A stretch of 64,000 nucleotides of DNA, from positions 128,001-192,000 of the forward strand of contig CBDBKM010000013.1 of the NCBI GenBank assembly GCA_965206695.1, read 5' to 3'. Positions 1 through 10,771 of this stretch are shown here, in pieces. The notes beneath the pieces are model-generated. The model was given only the letters and a program-made list of their open reading frames with translations, searched no databases and was not told the origin of the DNA. The stretch comes from Chlamydiales bacterium. Its GTDB lineage: Bacteria; Chlamydiota; Chlamydiia; Chlamydiales; JAAZZY01. The position numbers and the translations under genes were made by a program. Every line of letters starts with the position of its first letter. The first letter of the stretch is position 1.

Positions 1-255
1 AGGGTAGGAGGAGCGGCAGGATTAGTAGTAGTAGCGGCAGCAGGAGTAGCGGGATTGATCATGACAACACCAAGAAGACAAAGAGGAGACATAGCGGCCG
101 ACGTTAGAATAGTAGCAGGAATAGGGGGAGCCGCAGCAGGAGCAGCAATAACAGGATTATTAGGAGAAGCAGTAGTAAGGAGAGGAGCAAGAGTAGAAAC
201 AAACGCATTAGTAGGAGGAGGAGCATTAGGATTATTAGGAGCAGCAACAACAGTA
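1..255 (+). pseudogene. Gly/Ala/Val-rich (glycine-zipper-like) coding fragment cut by IS630
   Basis: Purine-rich GGA/GCA/GTA codon repeats open from the window start; the reading frame stops at the IS630 end (TAG 256-258). Confidence 0.4.
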
Positions 256-1190
256 TAGTATTTTAATTTTTATTTGATAATATGTTATCCTTCTTTTTTT
301 ATACAAACAGTAAGGATAAAACAATGCCTAGAGCCTATTCAGTAGATCTTCGAGAGAAAGTATTACAACATATAGAAAAACATCATGATAAAAAAACAGC
401 CGGCCATATTTTTCAAGTAGGTATCGCAACAATATATCGATGGATCTTGCAAAAAAAGCAAAAAGGACATTTAAAGCCAATCCGCAGAAAATATGCTTAT
501 AAGAAATTAGATGATGAGTTGTTATCTAAATATGTAGAAAAACATCCGGATTATTTTTTATCGGAAATTGCTGATTATTTTTCAGTCACTCCGCAAACGA
601 TTTTTTATGCCCTTAAAAGATTAAAAATTACACGAAAAAAAAAACTACTCGCTATAAGGAAAGAGATGAAAAGAAACGGGAAGCTTTTATGAAAGATTTA
701 AAAAATATTCCCTTTGACAAGAGAATTTATCTCGATGAAACCGGGATTCATCAATTTTTATTTCGTGAGTCCGGAAGAAGCTTACGCGGCAAAAAAGTTT
801 TTGGAGCGGTTTCAGGAAACCGCTTTATAAGGCAAAATATTATTTCAGCCCTATCTAAAGGGCAGTTTTTATCTCCAATGTGTTTTGAAGGTACTTGTAA
901 TACCGGGTTATTCAATATTTGGCTTAAGGAAGTTTTGACTCCTCAGCTTACACCCGGTAGTGTTCTTATTCTTGACAATGCCGGTTTTTACAAGTCAGCG
1001 GAAAGCAGGAAAACAGTAGAATCTGCCGGTTGTAAGCTTATGTTTCTTCCTCCATATTCTCCGGACTTAAATCCTATAGAAAAATATTGGGCTAATATGA
1101 AAAATAAAGTTAGAGAGATATTACGAAAAGTTACGAATTTTAAATTCGCCATTGATCAAGCAATCTTATCAATGTAAAATTAAATAACTA
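256..1190 (+). mobile_element. IS630 family element, family A, copy 1 (HTH ORF ~324-692 plus DDE ORF 689-1177)
   Basis: TIRs TAGTATTTTAATTTT / AAAATTAAATAACTA, flanking TA duplication, motifs YLDETG, ILDNA, LPPYSPDLNPIE; A9 slippery run near 635-643. Confidence 0.95.
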
Positions 1191-1219
1191 TACTATCCCT
1201 ATCTTTTAGAGCTACTTTA

Positions 1220-1382
1220 GGACAGTCGATAAGTTAAACCTTTGGAGATCATGTCAAACTCGGGAGGGCATGAGTTGGTTGAAGACCGTAAAAATTTCTT
1301 TGAGGAATTTTTATTGCAAAAACCAAATGTTGTTCCCGGGATAGTGATCGTTGAATAAGGCATCCCTTCCCTTGTGGGTAAG
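1220..1382 (+). ncRNA. IS200/IS605 right-end (TnpB omega/reRNA scaffold-like) remnant, long form
   Basis: Shares CAGTCG..TTAAAcCTTTGGAGATC..GTTGAATaAGG.ATCCCTTC blocks with 17623-17711 and 30728-30834, plus an internal hairpin-rich insert. Confidence 0.5.
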
Positions 1383-1491
1383 GACGAATACCCTCTTTAA
1401 GCGGGTATCACCTTTATCTATTTTATTTAAAAAGCTTAAAAATGAAAAAAAGATTCGATACTATCTACCATAGAGTTAACAGCCCTCTTAT

Positions 1492-2082
1492 CTAGGGTAA
1501 ATCTTCGGGCAACCCTTCCATGCCAAGCTCTAACCGAACTCCAAAAGAATTATTCATACTAGCCAACATAAAATACTGAGAAACCAGTGTAATAATATCA
1601 ACTATTTGATGCTCATCTAAATAACGTATTAAATTTTGCCATAACTCTTGAGAAATATTACACATTTGCATCAGTTCATCTACAGCTTGTAAAATGGCCA
1701 AATCTAATTCTTGCCATTGGTCGTCCAAGCGTCTTAAACAAAGTCGTTTTGCTTCATCTTCAGTAAAACCGGCACTTATTGCAATAGGTAGATTATGGCC
1801 CCACACATAATCAGCTTTTTTCAAATATGCGATTCGCAATATAATCATTTCTTGAATTCTTAGATCTAATTTTACATGCAATTTAGAGGCTATCCACCAT
1901 TCAAGAAAAGGTCCAAAATATTCCGAACTTTTAGCTAGCGTACCTAATATATTTACAGGAGCAAATTTTCCTTTAAGACCTTCTTCCGGGAGTTTTTTAA
2001 GTATTTCAAACCACTCCTCTTTGAAAGTATCAAGCAACAACGGCTTACTACGCTGACTATTCGCTTCCATTGGCTTTCTCAT
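1492..2082 (-). CDS. Carboxymuconolactone decarboxylase / AhpD-like family protein
   Basis: Motifs LDLRIQEMIILRIA, YVWGHN, AILQAVDEL, W..L..Y. Confidence 0.8.
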   Translation of the reverse strand: MRKPMEANSQRSKPLLLDTFKEEWFEILKKLPEEGLKGKFAPVNILGTLAKSSEYFGPFLEWWIASKLHVKLDLRIQEMIILRIAYLKKADYVWGHNLPIAISAGFTEDEAKRLCLRRLDDQWQELDLAILQAVDELMQMCNISQELWQNLIRYLDEHQIVDIITLVSQYFMLASMNNSFGVRLELGMEGLPEDLP

Positions 2083-2323
2083 TACTATAAAACCTCTTTT
2101 TTGATATTACTTTGTATTTATATTATAATATTCAACATTATTTTCTTAATTAATGCCTAATAAAATCGATCTATTCTTCTCTTCTTTTCTGAACGGTAAG
2201 GAGGACATTGATGTCTATTTATTGCAAAAAAAGTACGCTGTCATACTAAGATATTGAACAAAATATTCTACCTTATTATGGAGCACATTTCAACCTAAAG
2301 ACATTTTTGAAACCGTAAAGCAC

Positions 2324-2412
2324 TAGACTTCTTTCGAAATAAAATTTTTGATTATAGTAACCTACTTTAAAAGTAGGTTTGTACCATGAAATTTAATTTC
2401 GAAAGAAGTCGA
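2324..2412. repeat. Palindromic MITE with IS5-type ends
   Basis: TAGACTTCTTTCGAAAT...ATTTCGAAAGAAGTCGA inverted ends, internal AACCTACTTTAAAAGTAGGTT hairpin; end identical to the IS5 terminus at 14790-14805. Confidence 0.8.
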
Positions 2413-2496
2413 ATGAAAAAAATCATTTCTTCCTTTTAAAAAAGTAAGAATTCATCTTTATTAATCTAAGTAACCCAAAATAAGAAAAAAACTAAT

Positions 2497-2820
2497 ATGA
2501 GCATACCTGAGACACCTGCACCGAAAAATAAAAAGCGAATGATTTGGATTAGTGCCTTCTGCTTTATTATTGTTATTATCGCAGTCCTAACCTTTTTTTA
2601 TTGGCTTTTTGTATGGCGCCATGAAGTCTATACAACAGATGCTTATGTTTCAGGAAATCTTGTTAACCTTAATTCTCAAGTCTCAGGTATCGTCTCTTCC
2701 ATCAATATTATTGATACCGATTATGTTGAGAAAGGACAAATTCTTGTTGAGTTAGACACAACTGATTTAACCCTTACCTTCGAAACAAATTGTCAGATGC
2801 TAGCCGGAAATATTCGCCTA
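2497..2820 (+). pseudogene. emrA: EmrA/HlyD-family efflux adaptor, N-terminal fragment truncated by IS630
   Basis: TM helix followed by TTDAYVSGN..SQVSG.V..I...DTDYVEKGQILVELD; no continuation on the far side of the IS. Confidence 0.8.
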
Positions 2821-3914
2821 TACCCCTTATGAATCAAAGTGCCGATTCTAAGACTTGAAAATGATCATTGATTCGTGTCCTCATTGATTGAGCAATAGAG
2901 GGCCAAGTATTTTCAAAAAATCCGGTAATCGATCTCCGAAATTCTTTAGCAGAATTAAAAAACCGATTATTGCGACAATATTCATTCATCACTTTCCATA
3001 ATCGTTCAATGGGATTGAGGTTAGGACTGTAAGAAGGTAAATAATAGAGAATAATACCTTGTTTTTCTGCTTCTTGTTTGGTCTGAATACTTGTATTATA
3101 AGGGCCTTGATCTAAAATAAGATGGATATTTGGAGCTGAGGGGTATTTTGACCGTAGCAAAGCAAAATGCTTTGCCATGGTACCGCTATTTAATGTTTCA
3201 TAAGCATCTATTGTTACCTTCATACTGTTTAAATTGATAGACCCCATAAGATTCATTCGAGTACGAGAAGCTGTTGTTGCAATCAATTTATCTGTTCCCG
3301 GTCGAATCCAACCATAAGAAATTTTAGTTGCCATAGTTGGATGTACACCATCAGCAAATTCAACAGGCTCATTTTTAGGCAGAAATGCCATAAGCTTGGC
3401 GTAAAATTGCATCCAAGCTTTTTGTTGATCAGAATTTGCCTTAGCCGGTGTACCTTTAGGCTTTTTATAGGAAAAACCATGTGAGTGTAGCCAAGAAGTC
3501 ATCCCTGAAATCGTATAAACAATGCCATATTTCGCGAGAACATAAGAACAGATATCTTCTACTTTGACATAGGTATGAGTTGTTAAATGTTTAATGAATT
3601 CTTCTGACTGTGGCGCAAGAAGTTTACTGACTGAACCACCGCTTTCTACATGCAATTGCTGTTTATTTTGATATTCTTTAATGTGACGAGACACTGTTTC
3701 ATCGTCTAAAAGCACAGCTTCAGCAATACGAGTATTACTCCAACCTTTATTCGACAATAGAACAGCCTTGATACGATCTCGTATACGACCATTCTTTTCT
3801 CGTTTATGTTGCTGTCTGAGATGCTTTTCTTCTGATAGTGTTAAAAATGAATTCATACAAAATAATTTACACTATACGAATACAAAATATCCGGAGGTTT
3901 ATTCGTGATGAGTA
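2821..3914 (-). mobile_element. IS630 family element, family B, intact copy (transposase 2834-3856, 340 aa)
   Basis: Ends TACCCCTTATGAAT / ATTCGTGATGAGTA with TA flanks; FADGVHP, ILDQG, LPSYSPNLNPIERLW. Confidence 0.95.
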
Positions 3915-4439
3915 TATAATTCCTTTATTATTACAGGATCGAATTTCCATTTTACGAGGAAAAATAGTCTCAAAATACCCCCATTCCGAACTAGAGAATT
4001 CTTTTTGCAAAAATCCTGTAAAACTACGTAATGATCTTTCATAACGAACTTTACATCCTCTTTTTCGATAAATGTCATCAGCTAAACGCTTCAAATACTG
4101 AATAACTGTTTCTTCTATTTCCGGTTTCGGGATTATATATTTAGGGAAAATAGAAATATCTAGAATTTGCTCAAACCAGTCGTTATAAACAGGAAGAGCC
4201 TTCTCATCAAAAGGATGTTTAAAAGTATTAGCAACTCCCTTCTTAGTTAAAAAAGCAAAATTAGTATCTGCATATAACCAACAATAAGCCTCTTGTTCAG
4301 TATATCGCTCTTCCGGCATTTGAGACTCTTCATCGTTCCATACATCAGGAGAATAATCTTTCCAAAACTCTTTATGCTCTTTTACTTCCTCTTTAAACTC
4401 GCGTAATAGCACATGAACAAATGATAGATCTCTATTCAC
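3915..4439 (-). pseudogene. Hypothetical island gene, 3'-truncated by IS630-B
   Basis: GTG start with GGAG RBS just downstream of the integrase; ORF runs into the IS end. Confidence 0.5.
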
Positions 4440-4474
4440 CTTGTTCTCCTTGTAATTTTTCAGATATGTTCCGG

Positions 4475-5500
4475 CTAAACTTCTTGACTAATGACCCCCT
4501 CAAGATGTGTATACCTCTGTAACATTTGTAGAGAGCGATGGCCCATAGCAGTCGCCAATTCTAAATTCGAAGCTCCTTGACGAGCGGCAAATATAGCAAA
4601 AGAGTGCCGTAGATCATGGAATTTAAATGATTGAATATTTGCCTGTTCCGGTACATCAGACCATACAGATCTAATATCTAATTGTCTAAATGCCGTTTGA
4701 CCGGGGAAGACACAAGTGTGATGAGTCTTCTTTAACTTTTTCAAATGATTAAGCTCATGAATCACGACATCAACTAAGGGTAAACTTCTTGGTCTTCCAT
4801 TTTTAGTTACTTTTACATAAGCCATCTGATTCTCAAAATCGATATCATCCCGTTGTAACCCTAAGATTTCTCCTTTTCTAGCCCCTGTAGTAAGAGCTAT
4901 TAAAACAATAGTATATATATAAGGATGATGATGTTCTTTACAGACCTGTAATAATAGGATAGCTTCTTCATCAGATAAATAACGATCTCTACCGGAAGAT
5001 TCTTTTAATTTTAATAATTGATTACAGGGATTTTAATCAATCCAATGCAAGTGTTTGACGGCATACGTTAAAATAGAAGATAAAGTAGAAAAATAGTGGT
5101 TAACAGTACCCGGAGTACGTTTTTTACCATGTTTCGTATCTGTTTCTAATAAATATTTACGCTCTTTACTTATGAGCTCCGAGTTAATATGACAAAGGGC
5201 ATAGGAGCCAATCCGTTGATTCCAATATTCTAAATGTCTTAAGGTATCTCTAACAGAATGATGATGCTCTAAAGCTCCGTCAGAAGTATAACGCTCCATT
5301 AATAGTGAAAAGGTATGCTTATTTTTATGGTAGGAGAAATTAAAACGACCGGATTTAATTTTTCTTTCTGTGTCATGTGCCCAATCTTCAGCCTCTTGTT
5401 TACGGTCAAAGGATTGGCCGGTAGTTGGGAAACCTTTTAGTCTAATAACAGCTCTCCAAGTGCTTCCGGTAATGGTTTTTCTTTTGAAAATTGATGCCAT
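4475..5500 (-). pseudogene. Tyrosine recombinase (phage/island integrase), frameshifted near 5033
   Basis: N-term MASIFKRK..WRAVIR.KG, middle IALTTGARKGEILGL, C-term FHDLRH, MGH, QRY. Confidence 0.9.
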
Positions 5501-5669
5501 ACTATGCCTCTCTTTAATTATTTTGGTAAATCAAAAGACTGGATAGTACCGGTAAAACTATTGTTCACTGCACCGTTTTTGCAGCGCAAGAGATAAAATC
5601 TTATTATTTAAGAACTTAGTATTTATTTTAATTTTTCTTAAGTCGCTTGTTTCTAATAAGATAAAATTT

Positions 5670-5721
5670 TGGGGGCGGTTGGATTCGAACCAACGTATCC
5701 ATTGCAGAGACGGAGTTACAG
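5670..5721 (-). other. att core: 3' half of tRNA-Tyr(GTA)
   Basis: Reverse complement CTGTAACTCCGTCTCTGCAATGGATACGTTGGTTCGAATCCAACCGCCCCCA has anticodon GTA, long variable arm, T-loop and acceptor 3' strand; no D-arm or 5' half. Confidence 0.8.
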
Positions 5722-5899
5722 GGCGGTGTATCAGTAGTATAACCAATAATATCCAATCATAATGAGCATTATTATAGAGAAGAAATAGGCAAAAGTTTAT
5801 TGGTTTGTGTTGATTGATGCCGGTTGTTTATCAAGTTTACTGCACCGTTTATTGTTATTGAGATAAAGAAATATCTTCAGAGACAATCTGTGTACTAAC

Positions 5900-6508
5900 C
5901 TATGTTCTACCTTTATTCTCTTCTTTTAAAATGGAAAGAGCTTTTTGGAAGGTCTCATCATCATCCATTTCATAATTATATGAATTAGGATATTCTGAAC
6001 GATAAGAAATCAACCCTTCATAAGATCCAAAAACACAAATATCAGGATGGTAAATTCGGCTGCCTTTTGAATCGTTTACAAAAATGTGTAATCTAATATT
6101 TTTATCAGCAAACACTTGACTATCAAGATAAGGTTTTAAAGGCTTATTTGAATTAACAGCCGCAATAAACTCTTGGACACAATCGACTAACATAGCTCTG
6201 GCTTCTTTTTTTTTAACCGTTCTATGAATCTTAAATGATAAGCTTAATATTTTATCTCCTAACCATCCTCCACCAAAACCGGTACATTTCATATCATATC
6301 GTTCGGATAAAGTCGAAGCGACATCCTTCAATATCCCATTAGTAATACTTCTCCGATCAGAAGGTAGGGATTTTTCCATTTCATCAAGAGCTTTAGTAAG
6401 TTGAAGTGTATTCGGATGAGTACTAGTATCGTGTGAGCATGAGGCGAAACAAACACCTAACAATAATACGTTCATTAAAAAAAATAATCGCAACAATTTA
6501 TTATGCAT
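5900..6508 (-). CDS. Predicted lipoprotein, candidate immunity protein
   Basis: Signal peptide with lipobox-like FASC; start overlaps the upstream stop by 8 nt. Confidence 0.7.
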   Translation of the reverse strand: MHNKLLRLFFLMNVLLLGVCFASCSHDTSTHPNTLQLTKALDEMEKSLPSDRRSITNGILKDVASTLSERYDMKCTGFGGGWLGDKILSLSFKIHRTVKKKEARAMLVDCVQEFIAAVNSNKPLKPYLDSQVFADKNIRLHIFVNDSKGSRIYHPDICVFGSYEGLISYRSEYPNSYNYEMDDDETFQKALSILKEENKGRT

Positions 6509-8351
6509 TTGATAAACCCTTTTGTTTTTTTATAAAATCCCGGATACTTACTTTAAGTGCACTTTGATACGTCTCACTTAAAAAGGCATGATCAAATTTT
6601 TCGGAAGTGCCTAAGGCCGGTTCCAATAAGTGGACAGTACCTTGTTTTTCAGCAATCCTACGTTCTTTATCAATGTTCGGAACAAAAGCATCATTCTCAC
6701 TAAGATAGTGACCGACATGTCTACACAAACTATCATCAATATACTTGCTTGGCGCAATTGCAGCTACCTCAATACGTTTTCGAATATCCTTAGGCAGTAA
6801 GTACAAGGTGTTATTCGTATGAGCTGTTCCTTGACTATGACAAACAATTAATACTTTTGAATCGTCTGGGTGAGCATTAAAATAAGATATAATTTCATTT
6901 GCTAAAAGAAATGAAGGCGTTGTTACTATTCCATTCATATTCTTTCTAGCTTCATTCAAATCATTGACCTTACCATGAGTGGCATTGTAGACTGATGTAA
7001 TACTTGCACCCTCGGAATATTGGGACAGAACATTAGTAGACTCTTGTGAATCTTCTAATGTATTATCTATACCATTTATATAAATGATCTTGCCATTTTT
7101 CAATTCTTTATCTCCTACCTTATAAACCTCAGACATAAGGAAATTTTCTCTTGTCCTTTCTTTTCCAAGAATATCGTGAGCATTTTGAGCATGCCAATCG
7201 CCTGAATGATTCCGAAAATTTTCTTCCGAGTTAAACTTTTTTACAATATTGAGCACTTGCATCCTTTCATCTGCTTCATTAATAGGTTGAGGATAGGTTG
7301 AGCAATCAGTAAATACCCTTTGCAGTTCAGCTGATCTTTTATCCCAAATATTTTCATGTTGAGATAAATAAGAATCAGATATCGATGGATTTTCAACTAT
7401 CTTTTTGTGGTTAGTTTCCACGCTATCTAAACACTTATTAAACTCGTGCATCAGTAATGGTTCAGAAAGAGTGGAATCCTTAAAAAGGTTCTGAGACCTA
7501 TCTAGGTTACTATTCGTCGATATGGGTAATACATTTTCTTGATTGGATATTACCGGATTACCAAACAAACTTTGTAATAGGGGACCTATAAAATCTTTAT
7601 CGAAAGGGTTATCAATTTTGACTGAGTCTAAAGAAGAAGTATTCTTTACAGGCGCTAATGAAGCTTCTTTGTCATCGATACCGGAACTATACTTATTAGC
7701 GGTATCCCCTGCTAACGTTCCTCCAAGCCCACCGATAGCAGCTCCTACTCCTGATGCTTGAGCAGCTGTTGTTGTCATTGCTGATGCTATAGCTACTGTT
7801 GCAACAGCTGCCACTGCAATAGCTGCAACTATGGCAACACCAACGATAATTTCTTTTTTATGATCCTTACAAAATTGACCTACCTTTTTGGTAAGATCTT
7901 TGGTTTGTTTAGCCGTTTTTTTAAAGACTTTTTTGACGCTTTTAACAACACGTTTTGTTGTTTTGACAATGACATCAACGGTTTTATTGTATATCTCTTT
8001 GGCTTTGCGAGCAGCCTTTTTGAAAAAGTCTTTAGACTCTTTAGGTTCTGGTTTAGACTTCGTTATCGTTTCCTCAATAATGATCTCTTCTTCTATCGTT
8101 ACTTCTTCTGTTGCATTTAACTCATCTGTTAAGACCTTAATATTGCGATTTAACAAATTGGTATCTGTAGAAGCCTCAGCACCTTTTTGACTTAAATCAA
8201 GAAGATGGGTGGTGATATTTGTTACGAGTTCTTCATCACCCGGGCTCTGCTCAATCATCAATTCAAGATCATGAACATATTGCTCTGCTTCTTCAAGAGT
8301 TGTGGGCATTCGATTAAATAAGAAGGTCGGATCGTTAGAGATTGTCGTCAT
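6501..8351 (-). CDS. 616-aa protein with hydrophobic/Gly-zipper segment and C-terminal alpha/beta-hydrolase (DUF687-like) domain
   Basis: YINGIDN, YNATHG, VCHSQG nucleophile elbow, later D (SENDAFV) and H (FDHAF). Confidence 0.75.
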   Translation of the reverse strand: MTTISNDPTFLFNRMPTTLEEAEQYVHDLELMIEQSPGDEELVTNITTHLLDLSQKGAEASTDTNLLNRNIKVLTDELNATEEVTIEEEIIIEETITKSKPEPKESKDFFKKAARKAKEIYNKTVDVIVKTTKRVVKSVKKVFKKTAKQTKDLTKKVGQFCKDHKKEIIVGVAIVAAIAVAAVATVAIASAMTTTAAQASGVGAAIGGLGGTLAGDTANKYSSGIDDKEASLAPVKNTSSLDSVKIDNPFDKDFIGPLLQSLFGNPVISNQENVLPISTNSNLDRSQNLFKDSTLSEPLLMHEFNKCLDSVETNHKKIVENPSISDSYLSQHENIWDKRSAELQRVFTDCSTYPQPINEADERMQVLNIVKKFNSEENFRNHSGDWHAQNAHDILGKERTRENFLMSEVYKVGDKELKNGKIIYINGIDNTLEDSQESTNVLSQYSEGASITSVYNATHGKVNDLNEARKNMNGIVTTPSFLLANEIISYFNAHPDDSKVLIVCHSQGTAHTNNTLYLLPKDIRKRIEVAAIAPSKYIDDSLCRHVGHYLSENDAFVPNIDKERRIAEKQGTVHLLEPALGTSEKFDHAFLSETYQSALKVSIRDFIKKQKGLSNA

Positions 8352-8592
8352 CGAAAATAAGCGAGAATTTTAATTAAACGCATATTTTCACAGATCTACT
8401 TTTATTAAATCAAATAGTTTATTTATTAAAAAATAATTTATTAATTAGTTAAAATTTTAAAAGTGATGGGAAAAAAAACTAGACAAGCATTTCTATAGGT
8501 TCGATACGTTTTCTGGGGTAACACTTCATCGCTTCCCAAAGCTAATAATTGATTTCAGACTCTAAGCTATTTCTCGGCTTATATTAGGTATA

Positions 8593-9527
8593 TAGTATTT
8601 TAATTTTTATTTGATAATATGTTATCCTTCTTTTTTTATACAAACAGTAAGGACAAAACAATGCCTAGAGCCTATTCAGTAGATCTTCGAGAGAAAGTAT
8701 TACAACATATAGAAAAACATCATGATAAAAAAACAGCCGGCCATATTTTTCAAGTAGGTATCGCAACAATATATCGATGGATCTTGCAAAAAAAGCAAAA
8801 AGGACATTTAAAGCCAATCCGCAGAAAATATGCTTATAAGAAATTAGATGATGAGTTGTTATCTAAATATGTAGAAAAACATCCGGATTATTTTTTATCG
8901 GAAATTGCTGATTATTTTTCAGTCACTCCGCAAACGATTTTTTATGCCCTTAAAAGATTAAAAATTACACGAAAAAAAAAACTACTCGCTATAAGGAAAG
9001 AGATGAAAAGAAACGGGAAGCTTTTATGAAAGATTTAAAAAATATTCCCTTTGACAAGAGAATTTATCTCGATGAAACCGGGATTCATCAATTTTTATTT
9101 CGTGAATCCGGAAGAAGCTTACGCGGCAAAAAAGTTTTTGGAGCGGTTTCAGGAAACCGCTTTATAAGGCAAAATATTATTTCAGCCCTATCTAAAGGGC
9201 AGTTTTTATCTCCAATGTGTTTTGAAGGTACTTGTAATACCGGATTATTCAATATTTGGCTTAAGGAAGTTTTGACTCCTCAGCTTACACCCGGTAGTGT
9301 TCTTATTCTTGACAATGCCGGTTTTCACAAGTCAGCGGAAAGCAGGAAAACAGTAGAATCTGCCGGTTGTAAGCTTATGTTTCTTCCTCCATATTCTCCG
9401 GACTTAAATCCTATAGAAAAATATTGGGCTAATATGAAAAATAAAGTTAGAGAGATATTACGAAAAGTTACGAATTTTAAATTCGCCATTGATCAAGCAA
9501 TCTTATCAATGTAAAATTAAATGACTA
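8593..9527 (+). mobile_element. IS630 family A, copy 2
   Basis: Near-identical to 256-1190, TIRs and TA flanks. Confidence 0.95.
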
Positions 9528-9844
9528 TACACGCCATCGTAGTATCTCTCATTTTTTTATTAACTTACTTGGGTCTCTTATTGCGTACTCTCATCAAGAA
9601 AAAAACCTTCAATTAAGTTGGAAAGGCATCAGAATATTTTACCTATGGTAATTTAAACCCAAAACTCGGGTTATTACTCAGATGTTCCTTAGATCCAAAC
9701 AGGCCCATTCATCATTTCTAAAAATTTTAATCCCCCATATCCTTACCCTTCCTCCAAAACCTATTAAACAAAACCGCAAAAGACAAAATAAATAAGTCTA
9801 TTTTATATTTTAATAAACAAATTTAATTCTATCTTAATATTTCA

Positions 9845-10771
9845 ATGTCAACATTGAAAGTTAAAAAAATCTTGTTTTATTATTTAAAAAATGGGGTTTT
9901 TAAAAAATATATGGTTAGTACATTAGATAATACTATTTCATATCTTCAAAAAGATATTGATTCTTGGTATCCCGAACCGGAGGAAAAGCTTTCTTTCTGT
10001 CTTTCTCAAGGAGATGCTGATGGTTCTGTTACAGAGGCAGCTGTTAAACAAGTCTTCAGTAAAATTAGTTCACAAAAAGAAAGAGGGGTAACCTTTAAAA
10101 AAGAATATATTTGTTCTACCTTAAGGGGAGGTGCATGCTCGGCGCTCGCATTCAATTTTATCAAAAATTACATTGGTAGAACAGAAGAACACCCGTTTTG
10201 GAGAAAGAAAAGAGTGATAAAAGATATTAGCCATGAAGCGAGTCAAGGTGCTCGTCTCGAACATAGAATACAACAAGCTGCTTTTAATTGTATTGCTCAA
10301 GATCCTTCAACGCAAACGAGCGATTTTACAAGAGCTAAAATGCAGTCCTTAGCTAATTTCTATGACCTAAGAATTATCAAAGCCTCTGAAGAATTTAAAG
10401 TAAGCTCAGAAGAGCACACAAGCCGCGTTATCGATCCATTGGCTAACGGTATTTATCTGGTTAGAATGTTGTTACCTAGCGATAATGAAAAAAAAGAAGC
10501 CTTCGGCCACTCCATGGTTTATATTCAATCGGATCAAAGCAGTTTCTTTTACGATCCTTCCAGAAGAGTGAAAGAATTAAATGATGACAATCAGAGTAAA
10601 CAAATCCATCAATTCTTGATGGAAAATCATTCTAATTACGGCTTAAAGACCGCACGTTTTTATCAAGTGATTCCAAATAATGCTTCCTCTCGACAAAAAT
10701 TTGTTCTAAAATCCATAAAAACCATTATTAAGTGGTTTTGCCAACATAATCATAAAGCTACTGCTGCGTAA
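9845..10771 (+). CDS. Hypothetical protein with YopT/C58-like cysteine-protease motifs (start may be 9911)
   Basis: GACSALA ... GHSMVYI ... FFYDPS spacing resembles a Cys-His-Asp triad. Confidence 0.6.
   Translation: MSTLKVKKILFYYLKNGVFKKYMVSTLDNTISYLQKDIDSWYPEPEEKLSFCLSQGDADGSVTEAAVKQVFSKISSQKERGVTFKKEYICSTLRGGACSALAFNFIKNYIGRTEEHPFWRKKRVIKDISHEASQGARLEHRIQQAAFNCIAQDPSTQTSDFTRAKMQSLANFYDLRIIKASEEFKVSSEEHTSRVIDPLANGIYLVRMLLPSDNEKKEAFGHSMVYIQSDQSSFFYDPSRRVKELNDDNQSKQIHQFLMENHSNYGLKTARFYQVIPNNASSRQKFVLKSIKTIIKWFCQHNHKATAA

Noticed and set aside
282..323. Upstream ATG of IS630-A ORF1
   Set aside because: MPRAYS at 324 has an AAGGA RBS and matches the usual IS630 N-terminus
5670..5721. Functional tRNA-Tyr gene
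   Set aside because: 5' acceptor strand and D-arm are absent; only an att-type 3' half
7543..8190. Short + strand ORFs (and similar ones inside ppc, the TPR gene, glgA and IS elements)
   Set aside because: Antisense or alternate-frame shadows of longer, motif-bearing genes
3867..8351. Intact prophage
   Set aside because: No structural, packaging or lysis genes; the integrase is frameshifted
9657..9680. Short ACCC..TCGGGT palindrome similar to 48445-48473
   Set aside because: Too short and divergent to support a repeat family from this window alone
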